From the NCBI RefSeq assembly GCF_006345805.1, contig NC_043000.1:164362001-164426000 (forward strand): a stretch of 64,000 bases of DNA. The letters run 5' to 3'. The position numbers were made by a program, and so were the translations under genes. Each line of letters begins with the position of its first letter. Within the stretch, counting starts at the first letter, position 1. Positions 1 through 11,279 of the stretch are shown in pieces. Under the pieces are notes generated by a model. It was not told the DNA's origin. It saw only the letters and a list, made by a program, of their open reading frames with translations, and made no database searches. The DNA is from Octopus sinensis. Its lineage: Eukaryota.

Positions 1-689
1 CAGTCTCTATTCGTATTATTCATCGATCAACATATTAGGCTTGATGCCTGAGTGGGAATTGAGTTTCATAGCTTCAGTATAAACTGTTGCTTATAGGAGT
101 TGCTTCCATTTTCATTCTTATAAGCAGCTTTACATGTTAAGAAGTTTTATTGAGATAATCTAGTATTGCCTTTAATATCCTGCCTAGGTTAGAGTGAAGA
201 TGACTGAGTAGGAGGAGTTTCCCCATACCACTCTGCAAGAGAGGCCAGAATGTGTTAATGCCCCCTTAGCACTATGTGGTGTGGTAGGGAGTTTTATATA
301 GACAACCGAGTATCTCTAATACTAATTTTTTTTTTATCAGAGAAGAGCCTAATATCAGTTAGGAAAACAGTTGTCCCAAGTACTGTCTTTCGGGGCTAAG
401 AGTATTTCTTACACACAGCATCATCTGTTGCAGTTTTAATGACAGATTGGCATAAAGTTGTTAGCCGCAAACAAACTGAGGCTGTTTCCATGGAACTAAA
501 TTATGCATTTAGATAAAGAGAGATTTATTGTATTTGTCCAGGCTTATAAACCAATGTCTGATAATCCCCCATAGTCAGAATGAATGATATAATTAGAGAG
601 GGAAACATGATGGTTGTTGGCAAGGAGATTGAATTAACAAAACATGGTATTGTCCTTTGCCATCTCCTTCATGAAATTCAGTTTATTGG

Positions 690-1010
690 GATTAGCTGTC
701 ATCAGTTCCTCCTACGCCTTCTCTCTCTCTTCTACATCTTCCATCCAGTTGCAATCTAGCATTTTACATATGTATAGGTACGTCCATCAAAACACAGTCT
801 TCTCTCTTCCACCTTTCATCTGATTCTTAATATACCCAGTTTTCCTCTCATCTCTTTTCTCCTCTGTCCTCATTCATACACATTCAACAGAGCATACTCA
901 TCTCATTTCTCTGTAGCATTTATAAATCTTCTGCACTCAACGCCCTTCTCTCTCCACCGTGTAACTTCACTCTTTATACAGAAGCTTCAGTGTATGCGAG
1001 TGAGAAAGCG
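690..1010 (-). mobile_element. Highly decayed RTE-type LINE ORF C-terminal fragment
   Basis: Minus-strand translation gives remnants (LHGGER..LSAEDL*MLQRNEMSMLC*MC...ERRL) matching the RTE copy at 9130-9400; many stops. Confidence 0.45.
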
Positions 1011-1069
1011 AGAGAGAGAGGCATTCTGAATTGCTAGCAAAGTTACCAGCTCTCTTGCTCCCCTTCTCA

Positions 1070-1071
<2 letters not shown>

Positions 1072-1101
<30 letters not shown>
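1072..1101. repeat. (CA)n microsatellite
   Basis: Direct reading. Confidence 0.9.
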
Positions 1102-1106
<5 letters not shown>

Positions 1107-1620
1107 CCTTTATATTTTTGAGTGAGGTCCTCTTCTAACAACTGTGCCATCTTCACTAATCCTGCTACTCACTACCCCTCTCTTTTGCGTCCTTCTTTTT
1201 CCCCCCAACTCATCACTCTTTGATCATCTACCCTTCAACTCTACCTCATCTTTGCTTCCCCATCACTTTGCATCCCCTCCCATCATTCTCCTTCCCATAC
1301 AGTCTTGCACTCTGATTCTTCAACTCATTTTGTGCCTTCTGAAGTTATCTAGACTTCGCATTGCCATTATCTGTCTCTTGCTATTCCCATTGTTCATTTT
1401 TCTCTTTCTCTCCCTTTCCACTACTAGACATGAGTAGCCGGCAGATTCTCTCCCCCCACCACCACTTCTCATACTTCAATTTCTTCATCCACTAGCATGA
1501 AGCTGATCCTCACCTCATCCCAAGGTTTGTAGTTCTGCAAGCTGCATGGCAACCTCAATAGTGCAGGCAGCATGTATAGAAAGCACCTGGTCCACACTGT
1601 AAAGTGGTTGATGTTAAGAA

Positions 1621-2326
1621 GGGCAAGCTGACGGAACCGTTGGCATGCCGGGCAAAATGCTTAGCAGTATTTCATCTGCTGCTACGTTCTGAGTTTAAAT
1701 TCCGCCAAGGTCGACTTTGCCTTTCATCCTTTTGGGGTTGATGAATTAAGGACCACTTACACATTTGAGTCAATGCAATCGACTGCCCCCCCCCCATCCT
1801 TCCCCACAAAATTTTCAAGGCCTTGTGCCTAAAGTAGAAATGACAGTAGTTATTATTATTATTATTATTATGGTGGCAAGCAGGCAGAATCATTAGCACG
1901 CCAGGCAAAATGCTTTGCGGAATTTTGTCTGTTGTCATGTTCTGAGTTCAAATTCTGCTAAGGTCAACTTCACCTTCCATCCTTTTAGGGGTCGATAAAT
2001 TAACTACCAGTCAAGTACTGGGGTTGATGTGATCGACTTACCCCTTCCCCACAAATTTCAGGCCTTGTACCTATAGCAGAAAGGATTATTATTATTATTA
2101 AGGTGGCAAGTTGGCAGAACCATTGACACTCTGAACAAAATACTTAGCAACATTTCATCCATCTTTATGTTCTGAGTTTAAATTCCTCTTTGGTCAACTT
2201 TGCCTTTGATCTTTTCAGAGTCAATAAAATAAGAACCAGTTTAGCACTGGAGTCAATGTAATTGACTAGCTCCTACCCCACCAGGCCTTGTGCCAATAGA
2301 AAGATTATTATTATTATTATTATTAG
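1621..2326 (+). mobile_element. Three head-to-tail copies of a ~230-250 bp tRNA-derived SINE with (ATT)n tails
   Basis: Copies at ~1621-1870, 1871-2100 and 2101-2326 share GGCAGAA..TTAGCA, a B-box-like GAGTT(C/T)AAATTC and a core CTTTGCCTTTCATCCTTT..GGGGTCGATAAATTAAGTACCAG; further copies at ~7817-7980, ~16825-16965 and ~46960-47140 (-). Confidence 0.8.
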
Positions 2327-2694
2327 AGGCAATAGGTATGTGGTTAAGAATTTCTTTCTGCAACCAGGTGCTTCTGGTTTCAATCCCACTGTGTACCACC
2401 TTAGGTTGAACCAACACCTCACATAAAATTCGATAGAGAGAACTATGCAAAGCTCATCCTGCACAAGCCCCTATAAACCATTCCTCTGGATCCCTCCATT
2501 TTCCTGACCTCTGTCATTTAAGCTATTCCCCCCCCCCCCCCATTTAGTGTCTACTCTCTTGCTTTGTTTCTCTACCCATTACCACCCGATCAAAGTTGTA
2601 AATCTGTTCCTATCACCTTACTAACACTCTCTCATCACCCTTTTTAAAATCATAGCCCCCATCTCTTCTATTTCTAAGTTATAGAAGCCACTTT

Positions 2695-2918
2695 AGCCTT
2701 GCAAGTTGTCAGACAATCTTCAGTTTTGCCAGTGCCACACCAAAAAAAAAAGGCATCTAGTACACCCTGAAAAGTGGTTGGCATTAGGATGGGCATCCAA
2801 CCTAGAAGTCATGCCGAAGCAAACATTAGCACATGACGCAGTGCTCTAACTTATCGGATCCTGTTGAACCATCCAGCACATGCCAGCAAGGAAAACAGAC
2901 ATTAAATGATGATGATGG
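2695..2918 (+). mobile_element. RTE LINE 3' end fragment with (GAT)n tail
   Basis: GTGGTTGGCATTAGGATGGGCATCC...CATGCCAGCA..GGAAAACAGACATTAAATGATGATGATG, same as the tail of 8418-10256. Confidence 0.7.
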
Positions 2919-3182
2919 TTGGTGATTGAGGGGAACTAATAAATCCGTTGATCAAACTAAAACATCTGAGGCATTTATTCTACTAACTTACATCTCTTAT
3001 GCAGACAACCGTTTGAAAAAATAATGATTAATAAATTAAGTACCAAATGAAATACTGGAATCAATAAAATCAACTTAAACCCTTTGAAAGTCCTGCCCCA
3101 GCTTGGTTGCATTCTGTTGACTGATTCCCCTTAAAAAGAATAAAAGGGAAATTATTTTTGTTTTTCTTTTTTTTTTTTTTAG

Positions 3183-3326
3183 AAACTTTGTATGTTGGCC
3201 AAGTCTTGTATTCCATTGGTATGTTTGCTTTAACCATGTGTACAGTTGGAATATTCATATTGGCATGCCAAAAATATAGCTCCGTTACTGGTGAGATTGC
3301 ATCTGCAGGCTTTGTGACATTTTCAG
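3183..3326 (+). CDS. Internal coding exon of a claudin/PMP22/EMP-like tetraspan membrane protein (TM2 and start of TM3)
   Basis: Long polypyrimidine tract + AG (3181-3182), GTGAGT donor at 3327; 144 nt, phase 1/1, TLYVGQVLYSIGMFALTMCTVGIFILACQKYSSVTGEIASAGFVTFS; splices in frame to 6858. Upstream exons lie before the window. Confidence 0.8.
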
Positions 3327-3795
3327 GTGAGTAAACTATATTTTGTATATAATTTTAATACAATTAATACATATTTTTTTTAATATTTATGTATGCATTA
3401 ATTGTGAACGTTTAGATACTCTACTAAAAGCTAATCATGAAAAAATAGCTTTGGCAAATTTTTGCTGTCTAAAGGATCTCGAGTCAAGATTCTTGACTCC
3501 TGACATCAAAACAACTTAGGTGTAAATAGCTACCATAACTTCTACATTTCATTGCTGCAAATAATATGAACACTGTCTAATTATTAATTATCCTGCAGCG
3601 TTGAGTTCAGAATCTTCATACAGAATGAACTCTACCAGGTCAGGTAATACTTTATGTACATTCACTACATAAAGACAGTTTTCACATGCTACTCTTATGA
3701 ACCAACTGGTTACAAAGTTCTCATAAATATACAGCTTGTGTTACAACAATGTAATGTGTAATTTTATGAAAAAACTAAACATCCTGGTGGCACTC

Positions 3796-4420
3796 CACTG
3801 GATATGTAACGTCAGTGTGCATACACGACAGAGTGTAAGTGCCCTGAGAGAAAAGTTGGACATAAGAAGCATCAGATGGGGTACAAGAGAGACGACTGCG
3901 CTGGTATGGTCATGTGTTGCATATGGATGAGGACAGCTGAGTGGAAAAGTGTCACACCCTAGCAGTAACAGGAGCCTGTGGAAGAGGTAGATCCAGGAAG
4001 ACCTGGGATGTGTTGGTGAAGCATGACCGTTAAACGTTGGGCCTTTGGAGATATGCTGTTTTTGAGAAAACCTGGCAAGCCAAGTGAGACCGTAACCCGT
4101 GGCCTATGCCAGTGCAGCCTAACTGGCTCATTTAAGGGTGCCTTTCAATCATTGGGCAATAAACTGCTTGTGAAGACCTGTTGAGGCAAGTGAAATCATT
4201 GTCATGGCTGATGACAGTACCGCCTGATTGGCACCCGTGCTGGTGGCACATAAAAAGCACCCACTACACTCTTGGAGTGGTTGGTGTTAGGAAGGGCATC
4301 CAGCTGTATAAACTTTGCAAGATCAGATTGGAGCCTGGTGCAGCTTTCTAGTTTGCCAGTCCTCAGTCAAACCATCCAACCCATGCCAGCATGGAATGCT
4401 GATGTTAAATGATGATGATG
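3796..4420 (+). mobile_element. 5'-truncated RTE LINE copy (ORF C-terminus + 3' UTR + (GAT)n tail)
   Basis: WICNVSVHTRQSVSALREKLDIRSIR is nearly identical to the peptide at 9276-9350; shared 3' UTR and tail. Confidence 0.85.
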
Positions 4421-4879
4421 ATATTAATACAAAAGAAAGGTGGGGTTTGAAAACATATAAAAAACATATTTTCATATAAAGAACAGGATAACTTTTTCTT
4501 TTTACCTGATCGATTGTAATTAAAGGCAGTGAGATCGTCCGTTGCTTCATCTGGATGCAGAACAGTGCTGTCATTTTTCAGTTAAATGCCTTTTCTGTAT
4601 CTGTAAAGTTGAAGCAAATATTAAACTTTTTAAGGAGAGTATAGGACATTGGAATGGGACATTTATAGTTCAATTTCCTTAAGAAATGTATTCATGAATT
4701 ATGGTGATATGTTGCTGAAGACTGGGTCTTTGGTTTCACTTATGACACACTTTGTAAAAAATGTGAGGAAGAAATTACAAGTGATAGATGTCAAGCATTT
4801 TATTAATTATGAGGAACAAGTGGGTCGACCAAGAATCAGAATCATATTGCAAACATAACTCTGTTATTTTACCCCCACA

Positions 4880-5400
4880 GTACATTTGAAAGTCCTTAAC
4901 TGCTGCAACCAGTCATTGCTCCGTCTCTCTCGATGCTTTGCAGTTAGCTGCCACCACTGGTTTCTGTCCCCTGTCATGCATAGCAGGGTTATGGCGTTGT
5001 GACCTGTCCAGTCAGACCAGGATTTTCTGTGTCTTCTTCTCTTTTTCCCTCCCTCAGTTGGGCCCCAAAGGATGGTTTTGGACAGGGAGTTGTGGCAGGA
5101 TATGTGACCATACCAAGCAAGCTTTCATCTTTTTACTTGTGCAAGGAATGGTTCCTGTCTACCATTGTATTTGTTGACTTTGCTGCCTGACAAATCGTTT
5201 TCTGTGTATGTGTAGCAGATTTCTGAAAAACTTATACTCAAATGCCTGGATTCTTTGTTCTATGTCAACTGTAAGAGTCCATCTCTTCCACTCGTACAGA
5301 AGGACCAAAGCTTTGGACACTTTTAGTCTCATTGGAAAACTAATAGAGTTGCTCTTCCATAGAGCGTTCAGTTTTGTCATGGCAGGAGAGACTAAACTGA
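4880..5400 (-). mobile_element. Decayed RTE (BovB-like) LINE ORF C-terminal fragment, different family
   Basis: LWKSNSIS..RLK...VLLY...WTLT...EQRIQAFEYKFFRNLLHI is the typical RTE post-RT motif; frameshifted. Confidence 0.7.
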
Positions 5401-6363
5401 GTCTTGTTGTTATCTCCTTTTGAAATCTGTTGTCATTTGATCAAAGGGAATCTTTGGCATTTAAAGGTATCCACTTCGTCTCACATCTATCTTCATTATG
5501 CTAAGTGATATGTTTTTCAAAAAAACAAAAAAAAAACATGATTCATCCCATGTTCTGTTGCTGTCAAAAATTGTTTCTGTAGTTTGAATTTTTCTTGCTT
5601 CCTCTTAGATATTTTAATAGCCTTATTAAGTTTATTTTAAGAAAATGTTAAGGTGTTGTAGTCCTACACTAGCACTTTAAAGAGATACTCAGCTCTTGGC
5701 AAATAGAAGTTGCAATACAGGTTTAATTCATAGTTGAAAATTTCAAACAGGAGGAAACAACCAATAACAAATGATTCAAGTGCTTCATTGGTTTGTGATA
5801 CTGAGCTTCTTAGAAATCTAGTTTAGAGAAACATAGGTTTTGCCTAGAAAATAAGCCAAAATTCAGTAAATTCAATGATGATATGCTCAAATTTGTTATT
5901 AATTAACTTTTGTCTCACTCATTACTAATTTCTGTAACTTTTTCTAAGCACAATATAAACAAGAAAGTTGGTTATCTTTCCTCATTCCAGTTCCTCTACC
6001 TCCGTCCTTAAACCATTCTGATCATTTTCTTTCTTTTGTGTGTGTGTATGTGTGTGTGTTCCTGGAGAGTAAATAATTAAAGATGTGTACTCTTCAAAGT
6101 CTCATTTATTGGTGTCTTATTTTAAAAGCTTTAATGCTGTCTTAGACCAGATACTGAAGATAATGTTAAACAAAACAACCCAATTTAATTTTGTTTTCCT
6201 TACAATGAAACACAATCAATAGATAGACCCAGAAAATTTTCAACCATTCAGCTGAAAACTTAGAAGTGAGATATTTTTCTTTGTTAAAGAAAGATCTGTG
6301 CCATAGCAGCTTGAAATGTTGAGTTCAATAGACAAAAATCACTTGATAATCAACAAAACATTT

Positions 6364-6600
6364 GGAGGTGTTTGGCTTAGTGGTTGGGGTGCTGGACTCG
6401 TAATCATAAGATTGTGGTTTCGATTCCTGGACCGGAAAAAAACACTCCATTTCACATTGCTCCAGTCCACTCAGCTGGCAAAAATTAATAATCCTGTAAT
6501 GGACAGGTGTCCTGTCCAGGTGGGGAATATATATGCCATTGAAACTGAGAAACTGGCCCTCATGAGCCTGGCATGGCTTGAGAAGGAAATACTTTTTATT
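6364..6600 (+). mobile_element. tRNA-derived SINE (third family)
   Basis: A-box-like TGGCTTAGTGG, B-box-like GTTTCGATTCC, core CACATTGCTCCAGTCCACTCAGCTG; related copies at ~18775-19030 and ~62570-62885. Confidence 0.65.
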
Positions 6601-6857
6601 TTATCAACAAAACAGTCAACTATAGGATGTTACTGTTCACTGCTGGGTTAAAAAAACTTTTTGAAAGCCTACAGTGTTGAACATCACTTTGTAATAATTT
6701 AGCTAGCAAGGAGATAGTTTATCATTGTGACTTAATCTAATTATACTTTATTAAGTAATCATAATATTGCAATAATTGTTACAAGATGCTTATATTTCCT
6801 TTGTATTTCTCCCCCTGTTTAATCTACATTTTTATTTTCCATTTAATATATTTTCAG

Positions 6858-7228
6858 CTCTTGCATTAATTTTTGGTGTGGCATTTTCTGGAATCCACAC
6901 TGAAGGAGACATCTGGGATGATTTTCCTGTTATGAATAGAGTCATTCTTAACACTGCTCCGTATGTCACTTTAAACTGGGGTTATTATTTTGCCTTATGT
7001 GGTCCTTTACTGTGCATCTTCTGTTGTGTTCTCTTGTGGACACAAGCTTGTTCAACTTGTATGATAGTGGAAGAAATTCGTAGGAAGCAGATTGCTGAAA
7101 TCCGATCCTCAGTCCCTTATAGACCGTTGGAACCCAGCAGAACAGGACATATTAATACTGGAATGAGGCGTGACCCTGCACCTTGGCCTAAAAAGATTGT
7201 TGAATCTGATAATGAATTTGCAATGTAA
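6858..7228 (+). CDS. Terminal coding exon of the claudin/PMP22-like tetraspan protein (TM3 end, loop 2, TM4, cytoplasmic tail)
   Basis: TTTTCAG acceptor at 6857, phase 1 matches the previous exon; ALALIFGVAFSG...LNWGYYFALCGPLLCIFCCVLLW (WGY/GWS-type motif before TM4 as in the claudin superfamily); stop TAA 7226-7228. Confidence 0.8.
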
Positions 7229-8060
7229 ACCCCTTTTTAATTACACGTTTTCTTATATTCATAAAAAAAAAAATGTATCTTAGTTTTTATATTTTCCCCC
7301 CCCTTTCAGTTTCACTGTATTAACCCTTCATAGTAAAAGTACTTCCATTACATTACTTTTCTAATTTTGTTGAGGTGCTTTTAATAGGAATGTACATGGA
7401 TATTTTCTATTCTCCCATATTAAACTATTCATTTGTCCTACAATATTTATCAAGTTTTTCTCTCGACTTCCATTTAAGCTTGGTACACAGATTTACTAAT
7501 GATTATTCCTCTTCAAGTTGTCATAAATTCATTATTATGCTAATTTATAAACTATTATTACAGAAAATTGAAGAAATATACTTCAGATTTGTAATAAATT
7601 TTCAATATCCAAAGCTCATTTAATTCATAACATATTCCAACTTATTGCTTTGTTTAGATGCAAACTTTAAAGATGATTTATTTCAATGAATTTTTACAAA
7701 CTAATTACTGTCCATTTCACTCGTTAACAGATTGCTAAATTTTTATCAATTTTTGTGACAATGTAACTAAAATTGGAATTGTTTATATACATTTAGTATT
7801 TTAAAGTGATTTTTAAGGTGGCCAGCTGGTAGAATTGTTAGCATACTTAGCAGCATTTTGTCTATCTTTATATTCTGAGTATTTTATCCTTTCAAGGGTC
7901 GAGAAAATAAATATCAGTCGAGCACTGGGGTCAAAATAATTGACTTATCCCCTGCCCTGAAATTGTTGGCTTTGTGCCAATTTTTAAACCAATATTTTCA
8001 AGTGTTTTCTATCATTTTCCATCCATGTCATTTATTTTATACAAGTAATTTTATTATGTA

Positions 8061-8066
8061 AATAAA
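8061..8066 (+). promoter_or_regulatory. Candidate polyadenylation signal of the claudin-like gene
   Basis: AATAAA ~830 nt after the stop; other AATAAA hexamers exist nearby, so the assignment is tentative. Confidence 0.35.
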
Positions 8067-8417
8067 ATAAGCTCTAAACAGAAGCTCTGCAATATATGTA
8101 ACGCTAGTAGACTTCTATAAAAGGATTTATATACCAAATTGCTATTTTGTATTAAACTTTAAAACGATTGATATTTCGTTTTGATTCTTTAACCACTTTG
8201 CATGATCACAAAAACAAACAGAAAGCAAGAATTATTGCAGAATGTAAGACTCATATTCAAATCTTTGTTCAAAATTAATATAATTTAGCAGCAGCACAAT
8301 TTTTTTCAATTTTGTTGCCATCCAAAGAATACACCTAAAAATTTCAGAATGCAAAGGAGCTAAAGCTTCATCTAAAAAATGGTGGTTCCAGATAGACTAA
8401 TGATTTATGTAAAAGGA

Positions 8418-10256
8418 ATGGTGGTCAATGAGGAAACTAGGGATAGATGAATGGCTGGTGAGAGCTGTGCAAGCCATGTACAGGGATGCTGTAAGTAAGG
8501 TTAGGGTTGGCAACGTGTACACTGAAGAATTCAAGGTAGAGGTTGGGGTCCACCAGGGTTCAGTCCTCAGCCCCCTCCTATTTATCATAGTCCTCCGGGC
8601 AATTACAGAGGAATTCAAGACAGGATGCCCCTGGGAGCTCCTCTGTGCTGACGACCTTGCTCTAATTGCTGAGTCACTATCAGAACTGGAGAAGTTCCAG
8701 GTGTGGAAGGAGGGATTAGAATCGAAGGGCCTTAGAGTCAACCTAGCTAAAACCAACGTCCTAATAAGTAGGAAGGTAGACAAACCACAAATGCCTTCAG
8801 GTAGATGGCCCTGCTCGATCTGTAGAAAAGGCGTAGGTAGAAACTCTATAAGATGTACCCAGTGTAAGCTATGGACACATAAGAGGTGCAGCAATGCCAA
8901 AGGAAGGCTAACTGGGAAGATAGTTTTTGTATGTGGCAGATGCTCAGGAGCAATAAACTCTGAAAATCTGCAGAAAACAACTTCCGTCACTTTCCAGGGG
9001 AAAAACTAGAAGTAGTTGATAGCTTCCGTTATCTAGGTGACCAAGTCAGTAGTGGGGGTGGGGGTGCTAAAAGCGTAACTGCTAGAATAAGACTAGCCTG
9101 GGCAAAGTTCAGAGAGCTCTTACCTCTGCTGGTGACTAAAGGCCTCTCACTCAGAGTAAAAGGCAGACTGTATGATGCATGTGTACGAACAGCCATGCTA
9201 CACGGCAGTGAAACATGGGCCGTGACTGCTGAGGACATGCGTAAGCTCGTGTGGAATGAAGCCAGTATGCTCCGATGGATGTGTAACGTCAGTGTACATA
9301 CTCGACAGAGCGTTAGTACCTTGAGAGAAATGTTGGACCTAAGAAACATCAGTTGTGGTGTGCAAGAGAGACGATTGCGCTAGTATGGTCATGTGGCAAG
9401 AATGGATGAAGATAGGTGTGTGAAAAAGTACCAATCCCTAGCAGTTGAGGGAACCCGTGGAAGAGGTAGACCCAGGAAAACCTGGGATGAGGTGATGAAG
9501 CACGACCTTTGAACTTTAGGCCTTACCGAGGCAATGACCAGCGACCAAGACCTTTGGAAATATGCTGTACGTGAGAAGACCAGGCAGGACAAGTGAGTCC
9601 AGCCCACTTCAGCATGTCTTTCCTCCCTTGGACACACAAAGACCTGTTGAGGCAAGCGAAGTCGAAATCGAACCTCATCCGACGACAGGCACCCATGCCA
9701 ACCTCCCTTCATTGGACACTAAACTCTGCTTGCAAAGACCTGTTGGGGCAAGTGAAATCGGAATCGAAATTGAACCAATCCTATGACTGGCACCCAGCAG
9801 TTGCCAGAACCGCTGGACTGACTCCTGTGCAGGTGGCAAGTGAAGAAACACCATTTCGACCCTGTGCTTGAGGAGATCCATTGAGTCAAGTACACCGACA
9901 TCAAAATCAATGGAAACTGCAGTTGTGATCCCTGAGCCGGTGGCGCGTGGGGGGCACCAACTGAACATGGCCGATGCCAGCACCGCCTAGACTGGCTTCC
10001 GTGCTGGTGGCAAGTAAAAAGCGCTATCCAAATCATGGCCGATTGCCAGTGCCACCTTGACTGGCTTCCATGCCGGTGGCACGTAAAATGCACCCACTAC
10101 ACTCACTGAGTGGTTGGCGTTAGGAAGGGCATCCAGCTGTAGAAACACTGCCAGATCAGACCGGAGCCTGGTGCAGCCTTCTGGCTTCACAGATCCCCGG
10201 TCCAACCCATGCTAGCATGGAGAACAGACGTTAAACGATGATGATGATGATGATGA
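8418..10256 (+). mobile_element. 5'-truncated RTE-clade LINE: RT domain C-half, PHD finger, C-terminal domain, repetitive 3' UTR, (GAT)n tail
   Basis: GVHQGSVLSPLLF and ELLCADDLAL (YADD->CADD) RT motifs; frameshift near 9000, premature stops at 9381 and ~9510; LYDACVRTAMLHGSETW; tail GATGATGATG at ~10237-10256. Confidence 0.92.
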
Positions 10257-11209
10257 AGAGGGACAGGTAATCATCCTAGTCTATGTAGCTCCTCTGTCTG
10301 ATAAACTGTTGATTAACTTCACCTGATAGACTGGAAGAGTTCCTGAAGGTTGCTTATCAGACTAAAATTTCAGAAAATATTTACAAGGTTTGGCTGAAAA
10401 CATAAGTATGGCTATCAAAGTTGGTGAATGGGTTTGGTCAGAGATGGTGCGATTTTCGTATGCAGAACATAGTGATTGAAGTAGGCTGATGAGCAAAGTT
10501 TTATCTGATTCAAGACCATGGTCAAAAGTAGTTTTAACACAAGAAGATTCTGCATTTGTGTCCAACTCCATACATAAAACTCCTAGCAAATATTTCCTCT
10601 CTACCACATGCATGATCAGAGTGAAAGCACCTTCTCACTTCAAACCAACAAAGGAACAATTCTTCAAGAGACTATCCTGATCTTTGGCAACAATGCAATG
10701 TGTCTCATTCTCAAGAAGAAGCCCTCCAACCCTGATGATTATTATTGACTTAATGCTTTCATTTAACATCTCACTTGGACTAGAGCACCTGCAAAGGCCA
10801 TAGATAGACCCTTTTTCCAGATCAAACCATGGAAAAAAAAAAACAAAGAATCTGTCTCTATAGTAATAACAACTGTCCAGATGGAAGCTAGATCACACTA
10901 AAAAGTCACCAATTGTTCATTTTGCCAACTATGTAGGGAGTTTAGTTGTGTAAATAGTATAAGATCTTTTTCCTCCACTCTCAGAAGTCTTCACAGACTT
11001 TCCAAGACAAGTGAAATCAATTGCTTTAATATTCTTTTAGTCAATGGCTGCTGAAAAATCATGGGTAGAGAGAGAAAAAAAAACTGAACAGTGTTTAATA
11101 CAGCTAGAGTGGACACAATATGTGACCTATGCTGATTTGGTAAAGTACGTCTGAAAGAAAAGCAGGACTGTTTTGGTGAGTGACTAGTTAAACCAGTTCT
11201 CAAACTTTC

Positions 11210-11245
<36 letters not shown>

Positions 11246-11273
11246 CAATTATTTGGATGTGAATATATTTGAT

Positions 11274-11279
11274 TTTATT
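11274..11279 (-). promoter_or_regulatory. Likely TRAM1 polyadenylation signal (3' UTR ~1.8 kb)
   Basis: AATAAA on the minus strand followed ~30 nt downstream by a long U-rich element (A-run on + strand at ~11209-11238). Confidence 0.55.

Noticed and set aside
8644-8655. YADD->CADD change as a trace of A-to-I editing before retrotransposition
   Set aside because: A single A-to-G substitution in a decayed copy cannot be distinguished from ordinary mutation
8397-10205. Multiple overlapping minus-strand and alternative-frame ORFs
   Set aside because: Shadow frames of the RTE LINE and its GC-richer UTR
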